NCBI RefSeq assembly: GCF_018350175.1
Contig: NC_058368.1
Location: forward strand, 157,792,001-157,856,000
Reading direction: 5' to 3'
Length of the DNA: 64,000 nucleotides
Source of the DNA: Felis catus
Lineage: Eukaryota
Shown here: in pieces, positions 24,930-38,039 of the stretch
Layout: each line of letters starts with the position of its first letter
How positions within the stretch are numbered: the stretch's first letter is position 1
Translations under genes and position numbers: made by a program
Notes under the pieces: model-generated
What the model was told of the DNA's origin: nothing
Databases searched by the model: none
Seen by the model: only the letters and a program-made list of their open reading frames with translations

Positions 24930-25490
24930 GGAGTCTCTGGCTGACCTTGCTGGTCGCCTAATGAACAACTCTTTCTCCTCTTTGTTTTGTGCTGTTAGAG
25001 CCTGTCTCTCATGCAAAGGCTGAAAATGCTAAATACTGATTCTCCCGTTTTCCTTTGTTGCTATGGCATGGGCCTGTAACTCATTCCTGGCTAATGGAAC
25101 CTGAGGAGAAATTTGCTCAGAAAGTTTTTACACAGATATAAAAGGAGTCTCTACCCTTACTATTCTTTTTTTAAATTTTTTTTTCAACGTTTATTTATTT
25201 TTGGGACAGAGAGAGACAGAGCATGAACGGGGGAGGGGCAGAGAGAGAGGGAGACACAGAATCGGAAACAGGCTCCAGGCTCTGAGCCATCAGCCCAGAG
25301 CCTGACGCGGGGCTCAAACTCACAGATCGTGAGATCGTGACCTGGCTGAAGTCGGGCGCTTAACCGACCGCGCCACCCAGGCGCCCCTCTACCCTTACTA
25401 TTCTTAACTGCTTTAGACTTTTTTTCTGAAGATGTAATGCTTGGAGCTGTGGCAGTCATCTTGTGAGTGGCAGCCATCTTGTGACCCTAT
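24930..25490 (+). mobile_element. Old MaLR LTR (MLT1J/K-like) split by a SINE
   Basis: gatgtaatgcttggagctgtggcagtcatcttgtga motif. Confidence 0.5.
25168..25387 (-). mobile_element. Young SINEC_Fc-type SINE
   Basis: Perfect 18-bp TSD TCTACCCTTACTATTCTT at 25150-25167 and 25388-25405. Confidence 0.97.
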
Positions 25491-25659
25491 TTCCTCATGC
25501 TTTTTATTCTCACATGCTAAAAGACACCCTCAGGCACAGTAGTACTCACCTATTATTAATTGCTTTTATTGATCTGTGCAGAACAGGGTATGTAAATGTT
25601 AAAATGATTATGATAAAAAATAGAATTTTTTAATGCAAACATTTTTTGAGGAGGAAAGG

Positions 25660-25800
25660 GGACCTTTGAGATTGTCTTGATTATCAACCTTTCATTTTAC
25701 AGAAGAAAGAAACCCAGAGCAGTTAGAGGTGTTTTCTAAAGTTATAGAGCTGGTTAGTGACAGAGTCTGGATGAAAGCCTAGGTCTTCTGACTATATCAA
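25660..25800 (-). mobile_element. MIR remnant
   Basis: cattttacagaagaaagaaacccagag...gagctggttagtgacagag. Confidence 0.6.
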
Positions 25801-26396
25801 ATGTTTAGTTTAATAAGATATTTCTTAATGAATAAAATATCATTTAGATATAACTAAGCCATTGAAAATATTTGTGATTAGTAAGTCATCTGAAATGATT
25901 TAGCTTATTTGGTTCATTTTGTTTCTAAATACTTTAGAGCTTAGTTGGTTACTTAATGAGATCATCTGACATTCTTTTTTTCTGATTCTTCCTTGAGTTT
26001 AATAAATTATTTGAAATAAAAGTACCACAATTTCAGTTATTCTAGCAGAGAAACCCAACACACTTTGCCTGATGTGCTTGTTCAGGATGATTTATCAGAG
26101 AAAGAAGAGCTGATATGCCATTGTTTATAATTAAAAAATATATATATTTAGTTATTTTATTTTATTTTATTTTTTAATATGAAATTTATTGTCAAATTGG
26201 TTTCCATACAATACCCAGTGCTCATCCCAACAGGTGCCTCCCTCAATGCCCATCACCCACTTTCCCCCTCCCTCCCACCCCCCCATCAATCCTCAGTTTA
26301 TTCTCAGTGTTTAAGAGTTTCTTATGGTTTGCCTCCTTCCCTCTCTGTAACTTTTTTTTCCCCCTTCCCCTCCAACATGTTCTTCTGTTAAGTTTC

Positions 26397-29300
26397 TCAG
26401 GATCCACATAAGAGTGAAAACATATGTTATCTATCTTTCTCTGTATGACTTATTTCACTTACCATAACACTATCCGGTTCCATCCACATTGCTACAAAAT
26501 GCCATATTTCATTCTGTCTCATTGCCAAGTAGTGTTCCATTGTATATATAAACCATAATTTCTTTATCCATTCATCAGTTGATGGACATTCAGGCTCTTT
26601 CCATAATTTGGCTATTGTTGAAAGTGCTGCTATAAACATTGGGGTACAAGTGCCCCTATGCATCAGCACTCCTGTATCCCTTGGGTAAATTTCTAGCAGT
26701 GCTATTGCTGGGTCATAGGGTAGATCTATTTTTAATTTTTTGAGGAAGCTCCACACTGTTTTCCAGGGTGGCTGCACCAATTTGCATTCCCACCAACAGT
26801 GCAAGGGGGTTCCTTTTTCTCCACATCCTCTCCAGCATCTATAGTCTCCTGATTTGTTCATTTTAGCCACTCTGACTGGCATGAGGTCATATCTCACTGT
26901 GGTTTTGATTTGTATTTCCCTGATGAGGAGCGACGTTGAGCATCTTTTCATGTGCCTGTTGGCCATTTGGATGTCTTCTTTAGAGAAGTGTCTATTCATG
27001 TCTTCTGCCCATTTCTTCACTGGATTATTTGTTTTTCGGGTGTGGAATTTAGTGAGTTTGTTATAGATTTTGGATACTGGCCCTTTGTCCGATATGTCAT
27101 TTGAAAATATCTTTTCCCATTCCATCAATTGCCTTTTAGTTTTGTTGACTGTTAACTTTGCAGTGAAGAACATTTTATCTTGATGAGGTCCCATAGTTCA
27201 TTTTTGCTTTTAATTTCCTTGCCTTTGGGGATGTGTCAAGTAAGAAATTGCTACGGCTGAGGTCAGAGAGGTTTTTTTCCTGCTTTCTCCACTAGGGTTT
27301 TGATGGTTTCCTGTCTCACATTCACATCCTTCATCCATTTTGAGTTTATTTTAGTGAATGGTATAAGAAAGTGGTCTAGTTTCATTGTTCTGCATGTTGC
27401 TGTCCAGTTCTCCCAGCACCATTTGTTAAAGAGACTGTCTTTTTTCCATTGGATATTCTTTCTTGCTTTGTCAAAGATGAGTTAGCCATACTTTTGTGGG
27501 TCTAGTTCTGGGGTTTCTATTCTATTCCATTGGTTTCTGTGTCTGTTTTTGTGCCAATACCATGCTGTCTTGATGGTGACAGCTTTGTAGTAGAGGCTAA
27601 AGTCTGGGATTGTGATGCCTCCTACTTTGGTCTTCTTCTTCAAAATTACTTTGGCTATTCGGGATCTTTTGTGGTTCCATATGAATTTTAGGATTGTTTG
27701 TAGTTTCGAGAAGAATGCTGGTGCAGTTTTGATTGGGATTGCATTGAATGTGTAGACAGCTTTGGGTAGTATTGACATTTTAACAATATTTATTCTTCCA
27801 ATCCACGAGCACAGAATGTTTTTCCATTTCTTTGTATCTTCTTCAATTTCCTTCATAAGTTTTCTATAGTTTTCAGCATACAGATCTTTTACATCTTTCG
27901 TTAGGTTTATTCTTAGGTATTTTATGATTCCTGGTGCAATTGTGAATGGCATCAGTTTCTTTATTTGTCTTTCTGTTGCTTCATTATTAGTGTATAAGAA
28001 TGCAACTGATTTCTGTACATTGATTTTGTATCCTGAGACTTTGCTGAATTTATGTATCAGTTCTAGTAGACTTTTGGTGGAGTCTATTGGATTTTCCATG
28101 TATAATATCATGTCATCTGCAAAAAGTGAAAGCTTGACTTCATCTTTGCCAATTTTGATGCCTTTTGTTTCCTTTTGTTGTCTAATTGCTGATGCTAGAA
28201 CTTCCAACACTCTGTTAAACAACAGTGGTGAGAGTGGACATCTCTGTTGTGTTCCTGATCTTGTGGGAAAGCTCTCAGTTTTTCCCCATTGAGGATGATA
28301 TTAGCTGTGGGCTTTTCATAAACGGCTTTTATGATATTTAAGTATGTTCCTTCTATCCTGATTTTCTCGAGGGTTTTTATTAAGAAAGGATGCTGAATTT
28401 TGTCAAATGCTTTTTCTGCATCGGTTGACAGGATCATATGGTTCTTATGTTTCTTTTATTAATGTGATGTATCACGTTGATCGATTTGCGAATGTTGAAC
28501 CAGCCCTGCATCCCAGGAATGAATCCCACTTGATCATGGTGAATAATTCTTTTTCCATGATGTTGAATTCGATTTGCTAGTATCTTATTGAGAATTTTTG
28601 CATCCATATTCATCAGGGATATTGGCCTGTAGTTCTCTTTTTTTTGCTGGGTCTCTCTCTGGTTTGGGAATCAAAGTCATGCTGGCTTCATAGAATGAGT
28701 CTGGGAGTTTTCCTTCCCTTTCGATTTTTTGGAACAGCTTGAGAAGGATAGGTATTATCTCTGCTTTAACTGTCTGGTAGAATTCCCCAGGGAAGCCATC
28801 TGGTCCTGGACTCTGTTGGGTGATTTTTGATGACTGATTCAATTTCTTCGCTGGTTATGGGTCTGTTCAAATTTTCTATTTCCTCCTGTTTGAGTTTTGG
28901 AAGTGTGTGGGTGCTTAGGAATTTGTCCATTTCTTCCAGGTTGTCCAGTTTGATGGCATATAATTTTTCACAGTATTCTCTGATAACTGCTTGTATTTCT
29001 GAGGGATTGGTTGTAATAATTCCATTTTCATTCATGATTTTATCTATTTGGGTCCTCTCGCTATTGTTTTTGAGAAGCCTGGTGACAGGTCTATCAATTT
29101 TGTTTATTTTTTCAAAAAAACACAACTCTTGGTTTCATTGATCTGCTCTACTGTTTTTTTTAGATTCTACATTGTTTATTTCTGCTCTGATCTTTATTAT
29201 TTCTCTTCTTCTGCTGGGTTTGGGGTGTCTTTGCTGTTCTGCTTCTATTTCCTTTAGGTGTGTTATTAGATTTTGTATTTGGGATTTTTCGTGCTTCTTG

Positions 29301-30212
29301 AGATAGGCCTGGATTGCAATGTATTTTCCTCTCAGGACTGTCTTCACTGCGTCCCAGTGTTTGGATTGTATTTCATTTTCATTTGTTTCCATATATTTTT
29401 TTAATTTCTTCTCTAATTACCTGGTTGACCCATTCATTCTTTAGTAGGGTATTCTTTAACCTTCATGCTTTTGGAGGTTTTCTGGACTTTTTCCTGTGGT
29501 TGATTTCAAGCTTCATAGCATTGTGGTCTGAAAGTGTGCATGGTATGATTTCAATTTTGTTATACTTATGAAGGGCTGTTTTGTGACCCAGAATGTGATC
29601 TACCTTGGAGAATGTGCTGTGTGCATTGGAGAAGAAAGTATATTCTGTTGCTTTAGGGTGCAGAGTTCTAAATATATCTGTCAAGACCATCTGATCCATT
29701 GTATCATTCAGGGCCCTCCTTTCTTTATTGATTCTGTGTCTAGATGATCTATCCATTGTTGTAAGTAGAGTATTAAAGTCCCCTGCAATTACCACATTCT
29801 TATCAATAAGGTTGCTTATGTTTGTGTGTAATTGTTTTATATATTTGGGGGCCTCCGTATTTGGTGCATAGACATTTATTATTATTAGCTCTTCCTGATG
29901 TATAGACCCTGTAATAATTATATAATACCCTTCTTCATCTCTTGCTATAGCTTTTAATTTAAAGTCTAGTTTGTCTGATATAAGTATGGTTACTCCAGCT
30001 TTCTTTTGACTTCCAGTAAAATGATAGATAGTTCTCCATCCCCTCACTTTCAATCTGAAGGTGTCCTCGGGTCTAAAATGAATCTCTTGTAGACAGCAAA
30101 TAGATGGGTCTTGGTTTTTTTTAATCCATTCTGATGCCCCATGTCTTTTTGTTGGAGCGTTTAGTCCATTTACAATCATTGTTATTATTGAAGGATATGG
30201 GTTTAGAGTCAT
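26397..30212 (-). pseudogene. L1 ORF2 (copy B), multiple frameshifts
   Basis: Endonuclease (29463-30275), RT LFADDM (27482-28222) and CCHC (26427-27194) fragments. Confidence 0.95.
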
Positions 30213-30280
30213 TGTGATATGTGTAGGTTTCATGCTTGTAGTGATGTCTCTGGTATTTTGTGGTCCTTGCAACATTTCAC

Positions 30281-31170
30281 TTACAGAGTTCCCCTTAGGA
30301 TCTCTTGTAGGGCTGGTTTAGTTGTGATGAATTCCTTCAGTTTTTGTTTGTTTGGGAAAACCTTTATCTCTCCTTCTATTCTGAATGACAGACTTGCTGG
30401 ATAAAGGATTCTTGGTTGCATATTTTTTCTGTTTATCACATTGAAGATTTCCTGTCATTCCTTTCCTGCCTGCCAAGTTTCAGTAGATAGATCTGCTACT
30501 ACCCTTATGTGTCTCCCTTGGTATGTTAAGGCCCGTTTATCCCTATCTACTTTCAGAATTCTCTTTTTATCCTTGTATTTTGCCAGTTTCACTATGATAT
30601 GTTGTGCAGAATATCTATGCAAGTTATGTCTGAAGAGAGTTCTCTGTGCCTCCCGGACTTCAATGCCTGTTTCCTTCCCCAGATCAGGGAAGTTCTCAGC
30701 TATGATTTGTTCAAGTATACCTTCAGCCCCTTTCTCTCTCTCTTCTTCTTCTGGAATTCCTATGATATGGATATTGTTCCATTTGATTGCACCACTCAGT
30801 TCTCTAATTCTCCCCTTGTACTCCTGGATTTTTTAATGTCTCTATTTCTCAGCTTCCTCTTTTTCTATATTTTTATCTTCTAATTCACCTATTCTCTCCT
30901 CTGCCTCTTCAATCCTGCTATGGCCACCTCCATTTTATTTAACACCTCATTTATAACATTTTTAAATTTCTCATAACTATTTTTTAGTCACTTGATCTCT
31001 GTAGCAATAGATTCTCTGTTGTCCTCTATGCTTTTCTCAAGCCCAGCGATTAATTTAATGACTATTATTCTAAATTCTTTTTCCATTATATTGCTTAAAT
31101 AGGTTTTGATCAATTCATTAGCTGTTGCTACTTTCTGTAGTTTCTTTTGAGGAGAATTCTTCCGTTTCAT
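30281..31170 (-). pseudogene. L1 ORF1 (copy B), disrupted
   Basis: MKRKNSPQKKLQKVATANELIK... followed by a premature stop at about 30988; ends LRGTL* (TAA 30283-30281). Confidence 0.85.
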
Positions 31171-32119
31171 CGTTTTGGCTAGTCCCTGCAGTAGCTCCAT
31201 GCTGCAGGGCACTTCCCTCCTGCTGTCCAGAGAAACTTGTGTTGGTGGGTGGGGCCACAGTCAGACCCAATGTCTGCCCCCAGCCCACAACTAGGGCCAC
31301 AGTCAGACTGGTGTGTACTTTATCTTCCCCTCTCCCAGGGACAGGACTCACTGTGGAGGGGTGTGGCCTCTGTCTGGGCTGCTTGCACACTGCCAGGCTT
31401 GTGGTGCTGCTTTGGTGGGATCTGGCCAAGGGGTGGATCCTTAAGGTGCACAGGAGCGGGAGAGGCAGGCTTAGCTAGGTTTGCCATCAGTGGTCCCCTG
31501 CAGGAGGGGCCCTGCAGCACCAGGAGGGAGGCAAGCCACTTTGGAGGGATGGATGCACAGAAGCACAGAGTTGTGCATTTGCATGGTGCAAGCAAATTCG
31601 GTGACAGGAACTTTTTCCCTTTGGAATTTCCGTTGGTGGATGGGAGAGAGAAATGGTGTTTGCCAGCACCTTTGTTCCCCCACTGAGCTGAGCTCTGTCT
31701 TCCCGGGCTCAACAACTCTCCCTCCTGGTGTCCTCTCACCCTCCCCGTGCTCTGAGAGCAGAGCTGTTGACTTTTAACATTCCAGATGTTAAGTCCCCCT
31801 GGCTGTCAGAACTCATGCAGTCTGGCCCCTCCACTTTTGCAAGCCAGACTTTGGGGGCTCTACCTTGCCTGCCGGGCTGCCTCTCTACCACCCTGGCTCC
31901 CTCCTGCCAGTCTGTGTAGCACGCACTGCGTCTGCCCTTCCTACCCTCTTCCATCGGCCTCTTGTCTACGCTTGGCTCCAGAGAGTCTGTTCTGCTAGTA
32001 TTCTGGTGGTTTTCTGGGTTATTTAGGCCGATGTGGGTGGAATCTATGTGATCAGCTGGACAAGGTGAGCCCAGCGTCCTCCTATGTGCCATCTTCCCTT
32101 ATCTTCTATTCCTCAGCTC

Positions 32120-32323
32120 AATATTTATTTTTTTTGAGAGAGGGAGGGAGACAGAGTGATAGCGGGTGAGGGGCAGAAAGAAAGGGAGACACAGGATCCA
32201 AAGCAGGCTCCAGACTCTGGGATGTCAGCACAGAGCCCATCCCAGGGCTCGAACTCACAGACTGTGAGATCATAACCTGAGTGGAAGTCAGATGCCCAAC
32301 CAACTGAGCCACCCAGGCACCCC
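32120..32323 (-). mobile_element. CanSINE abutting the 5' end of L1 copy B
   Basis: SINE body ending gagccacccaggcacccc; tail is short. Confidence 0.92.
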
Positions 32324-32464
32324 TAAGTGCCATTGTGTCATCAGTCACATGCTTCACAAAAGGAGATTACAATTAATTTCATTCAAAACATATATTTTTA
32401 GTTCTAAATTAAGCAGTATTGGGTTATTACAGATGACATCAAAGGTACCATGTCATCTCTAGCT

Positions 32465-32930
32465 TGTTGTATTTTATTTGTTTCCCCAAAAAACTGTGTC
32501 AAAATCCTAACCTCTGATACCTGTGAACATAACTTTATTTGGAAATAGGATCGTTGTAGTTGTAATCAAGTTAAGATGAGATCATACTTGATTAGGGTGG
32601 GCCCTAAATGCAATGACTAAAGTCCTTATAAGGAAACATAGATTTGAACACAAGACACATAGACACAGGAGAGACAAGTACAACTCTATGTGAAGACAGA
32701 GGCAGAGATTGTAGTAATCCATCTACATGCCAAGGTACACTAAGGATTTTTTGCAACTACCAGAAGCAATGAAGAGACAAGGAAGGATTTTTCCATTGTT
32801 TTCAGAGGGGGCATAGGTCTGCAAACACTTTGATTCTGGACTTTGTAATTCTAGCTTCTAGAACTATGAGAAAGTAAATTTTTATTATTTTAAGCCACCA
32901 AATTTGCGGTGACTTATAATGGCAACAACA
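32465..32930 (+). mobile_element. MaLR solo LTR (MLT1C/B-like)
   Basis: ttatttggaaatagg...gtaatcaagttaagatgag...gattagggtgggccctaaat...ttttaagccacc. Confidence 0.85.
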
Positions 32931-34590
32931 GTATTCTTGTTTACCTTCTCAGATGACACCTGAAGACAAGATAGTTGCCAGAGATTTCCTCAGGGTTCAT
33001 GTAGATTGAAGAAAAGAGCATTTGTTACTATGGCTTTCAAACAAGTAGCTGAATTCAGTCTGAAGTGGCCAAGTAGGCTCACAGACCCAACCCTGAATCA
33101 GTTGATATGTATTGGGAACTAAGTGTTTTACCTTGCAGATCTGAGCCATGCATTCTGACTCCTGTGTTAAGTATTAGGTGTATTAGGTGAAGGCCTACCC
33201 ATCCACATGGACTGAGACAACCTAGTTTCCCAAAGGAACTTCATCAGCTGGCACCAAACCAGCAAGTATCTACCATAAGATCCTTGCCAGAGTGCCTTCA
33301 TATTATGATGTCACCCTCTTTTCAGTCATTAGTACTTGCTTTATAGATCACTTAAAATACTACACTACAATTAGTTGTTGTTTTTGCTGTTGTTATTGTT
33401 ATTTTTAATATGGTTTCTTTTCTAAGAAGAGAAATTCCTGGAGGTTAATGACATGTTTTTAGTTTGTGGCCCAAATTGTATATAAGATTTTCTTGTTGGA
33501 ATGTTGAATTTAATATTAAATTAATAAATAACAGTAAATTACAGTGTTATAGTGCTAATTATCTCACCATAATAGTAAAATTAGCCAAGAATACATCTAG
33601 AATAAATTCAGGTCCATTCGGTGCAACATAACCTCAGCTCTGTAACATTTTGTCTATAAGCTGTTCACCTACAGTACCCATTTCCTTTCTGCTACTTCCT
33701 CCATCCAATTAGCTTTTCATTAACCTACCACACCTCGAGTTATACTTAATTTCTGAACAATAGTAGCTAAGCAGTCATGTATGTTTATAGTCCCTATTAC
33801 TCTGTTTCTGACCTCTAATGTTTGTGTTTTAGATGCCTCAGGAAACAAATTTATTTTTCAAGACGTCTGAGGCAGTTGTATCGGTGCTATGTAGCATTTA
33901 AATGACAACAAACTCTGTCCTCATTGATAACGGATGGCTGTTAGAAACACTTTTCTTCTCCTTAGGTATGTGAACTTGACATTTATCTAAATTGTTGGTT
34001 GACAAACAAGGAATGCATTTCTATGAGGAATGCCTCAGATCTGAAAAATAGACCAACACTAGTTGAATGAAAAAAGACTTAAAAAAGATTAAAGAAATCA
34101 ATACTGACTCAGTGGAGAAATGAAAAATCAAGTTCCAGATCTATTTGAGTTATAGTCTCTCATTCACTGTAAAAGAAAATGTAAAGCGTGGTTTTTCTTT
34201 CACACATTAATCAATGCCATTAACAGTCTAATTTTTATAATAGTTATTTAAAATAAAATAAGAAAAATCCTTTTTTAACACATTAGTTGACTTTTTTATA
34301 CTCCTTAATTTTAACCCAATTGTCTATTTACCTGCTTATCCAGAAATGATGCTTTTGGAATACATAGGAGAAAGAAAACCAAATTTAAAAACTATTACAT
34401 ACCAGAATAATAATGAGGGATAATTTGGTTTAGTTTCCTGATATTTGGGATTATTGAATTGTTGAAATATTTTTATAAAATTAATTTTTATGTGTGAATA
34501 AATGAACAAATAATTAGATAAGCACACTTATTAAAGTGTGAAGTGCTAAATTTAGTAACTATGAGTGACTTATTTTTTCCTGAGCCAGAC

Positions 34591-37512
34591 TTTTTTTCTT
34601 CTTCTTCCAAGTTATTTAAATTTCAGTTAGTTAACATACAGTGTAATATTAGTTTCAGGTGTACAATACAGTGATTCATTGCTTATATACAACACCTGGT
34701 GCTCATCACAAGGGCACTCTTTAATCCCCATCAGCTATTTAACTCATCCCCCCCAGTCACCCCCCACCCCCTCCAGTAACCCTGTTTGTTCTCTGTAGTT
34801 AAGAGTCTGTTTCTTGGTTTTCCTTTCTTTGTTCCCCACTATGTTTGTTTGTTTTGCTTCTTAAATTTCACATACGGGTGAAATCATATTATTTGTCTTC
34901 CTCTGACTGACTTACTTCACTTAGGATAATACTCCCTAGCTCCATCCACATTATTACGAATGGCAAGATTTCATTCTTTTTGATGCCTGAATTATATTCC
35001 ATTGTATATGTACATCACATCTTCTTTATTAATTGGTTTTTAATTAATTTATTCATTGGTTGATAGGCATATTGACTCTTTTCATATTTTGGCTATTGTT
35101 GATAATGCTGCAATGAACATCAGAGTGTATGTATCCCTTCAAATTAGTATTTTTGTATCCTTTGGGTAAATGACCAGTAGAGCAGTTTCTGGATCGTAGG
35201 GTAGTTCTATTTTTAACTTTTTGAGGAACCTCCATACTGTTTTCCAGAGTGGCTGCACCAATTTGTATTCTTACCAATAGTGTAAGACAGTCCCCCTTTC
35301 TCTGCATCCTCACCAACACCTGTTGTTTCCTGTGTTGTTAATTTTAGTCATTATGACTGGTGTGAGGTGGTATTTCATTGTGATTTTGATTTGCATTTCC
35401 CTGATGATGAGTGATGTTGAGCATTATTTCATGTATCTGTTGACCATCTGTATGTCTTCTTTGCACAATTGTCTATTCATGTGTTCTACCCATTTCTTCA
35501 CTGGGTTATTTGTTTTTTGGATGTTGGGTTTGAGAAGTTCTTTATATATTTTGGATACTAACCCTTGATAAGATAGGTCATTTGGAAATATCTTCTTCAA
35601 TTCTGTAGGTTGCCTTTTAGTTTTGTTGATTGTTTCCCTTGGCTGTGCAGAAGCTTTTTATTTTGATATAGTCTCAATAGTTTATTTTGCTTTTGTTTCC
35701 CTTGCGTCAGGAGACATATCTAGTAAGAAGTTGCTACAGCCAATGTCAAAGAGGTTACTGCCTATGTCTTCCTATAGGATTTTAATGGTTTTATGTCTTG
35801 TATTTAGGTCTTTCATCCATTTTGAATTTATTTGTGTGTGGTGTAAGAAAGTGGTCCAGTTTCATTCTTTTGCGTGTTACTGTCCAGTTTTCCCAACAGC
35901 ATTTTTGAAGAGATTGCCATTTTTCCATTTGATATTCTTTCCTGCTTTGTTGAAGATTAATTGGCCATATAATTATGAGTTCATTTGTAGGTTTCCTATT
36001 CTGTTCCATTGATCTATGTGTCTATATTTGTGCCAGTACCATATCCTCTTGATCACTATAGCTCTCTAATATTGAGGTCTGGAAGTGTGGGATTGTGATG
36101 CCTCCAGCCTTGCTTTTCTTTTTTAAGATTGCTTTGGCTATTGGGGTCTTTTGTGTGGTTCCACACAAATTTTTGGATTGTTTGTTCTAGCTCGGTGAAA
36201 AATGCTGGTGGTATTTTGATAGGGATTACTTTAAATGTGTAGATTGCTTTGGTAGTATAGACATTTAAATAATATTTGTTCTTCTAATTCATGAACATGG
36301 AATGTTTTTCTATTTTCTTGTGTTATCTTCAATTTCTTTCATCAGTGTTTTATAGTTTTCAGAGTACAGATCTTCTACCTTTTTGGTTAGGCTCATTCCT
36401 AGGTATCTTATGGTTTTGGTGTAATTGAAAATAGGATTGATTCCTCAGTTTCTCTTTCTGCTTCTGGTGCATTATTGGTGCATAGAAATGTGATAGATTT
36501 CTGTATGTTGATTTTGTATCCTGTGACTTTACTAAATTCGTGTATCGGTTCTAGCAATGTTTTGTGTGTGTGTGTGTGTAGCATCCTTCAGGTTTTCTAC
36601 ATAGAGTGTCATGTCATCTGCAAATAGTGACAGTTTGACTTCTTCTCTGCCAGTTTGGATGCATTTTATTCCTTTTTTGTTGTCTGATTGCTGTGGCTAG
36701 GACATCCAGTACTATGTTAAATAGCAGTGTTGAGAGTGGACATCCCTGTTTTGTTCTGGACTTTAGAAGAAAAGCTCTCAGTTTTTCTACACTGAGGATG
36801 CTATTAGCTGTGGGTTTCTCATATATGGTCTCATATATGTTGAGGTTTGTTCCCTCTAACCCTGCTTTTGTTGAGATTTTTTTATTATGAATAACTGTCA
36901 TACTTTGTCAAATGCTTTTTCTGCATCTGTTGAAAGTTCTTATCTTTCCTTTATTAATGTGGTGTAGCACGTTGATTGTTTTGCAAATATTGAACTGCCC
37001 TTATAGCCCTGGAATAAATCCCACTTGATCACAGTGAGTGATCCTTTTAATGAACTGTTGGATTTGATTTGCTAGTATTTTCCTAAGAATTTTTGCATAC
37101 ATGTTCATGAGGGATATTGGCCTGTAGTTTGCTTTTTTAGTGGTGTCTTTGTCTGGTTTGGTATCCCTGTTTGGTATCAGGGTAATACTGGCTTCATAGA
37201 ATGAATTTGGAAGTTTTCCTTCCATTTCTATTTTTTGGAATAGTTTGAGAAGAATAGGTATTAACTTTTCTTTAAATGTTTGGTAGAATTTGTCTCTGAA
37301 GCCATCTGACCCTGGACTTTTGTTTGTTGGGAGATTTTTTTGTTACTGATTCAATTTCTTTGCTAGTTATTGGTATGTTCAAGTTTTCTATGTCCTCTTG
37401 TTTCATTTTGAGTAGTTTATATGTTTCTAGAAATTTATCCATTTCTTCCATGTTGTCCAATTTGTTGGCATAAAGTTTTTGATAATATTTTCCTATAATT
37501 GTATTATTGTGT
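34591..37512 (-). mobile_element. 5'-truncated carnivore L1 (older than copies A and B)
   Basis: 3' UTR plus degenerate ORF2 ([22 protein letters not shown]). Confidence 0.92.
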
Positions 37513-37680
37513 TTTTGGCTCTTATTTTTCCTCTTTTGTTGTGTTAAAATCATATTATATATGGAATAAAATTAAAATCACTTCATTTTATGAACATGAA
37601 TATAAGAGGCAGTTGATTCACCTTTCTGACATTTGCCAACAATGGTGTTTAATAAATATTTATGAACTTAGCTTCCCTTC

Positions 37681-37896
37681 CTTTTTTTTTTTTAATGTTT
37701 ATTTATTTTTGAGAGAGAGACACACAGAGACACAAGCTAGGAGAGGCAGAAAGAGAGGGAGACACAGAATCTGAGGCAGGATCCAGGCCCTGAGCTGTCA
37801 GCACATAGCCCGACGTGGGGCTCAAACTCACAAACCATGAGATCGTGACCTGAGCTGAAGTCAGACGCTCAACCGACTGAGCCACCCAGGTGCCCC
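37681..37896 (-). mobile_element. CanSINE
   Basis: TSD TTAGCTTCCCTTC / TTAGCGTCCCTTC. Confidence 0.93.
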
Positions 37897-37990
37897 TTAG
37901 CGTCCCTTCTTTTTTCTTCCTTCTCTCCTTCCCTCTTTCCTTACTCACTATCTATTTTTTTGGGCTAAAAAAAGATTTATGGAAGCTTCC

Positions 37991-37993
<3 letters not shown>

Positions 37994-38036
<43 letters not shown>
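37994..38036. repeat. (TA)n microsatellite
   Basis: Direct reading. Confidence 0.95.

Positions 38037-38039
<3 letters not shown>

Larger units (their letters stand above)
26147..32119 (-). mobile_element. Full-length felid L1 (copy B), inactivated
   Basis: 5' UTR (ending gccatcttccc on the + strand), ORF1, spacer, ORF2, 3' UTR and poly-A; co-linear with copy A. Confidence 0.95.

Noticed and set aside
12199..32119. Segmental or tandem duplication explaining the two full-length L1s
   Set aside because: The flanks and TSDs are unrelated and the 5' UTR, ORF1 and spacer differ, so these are independent insertions.
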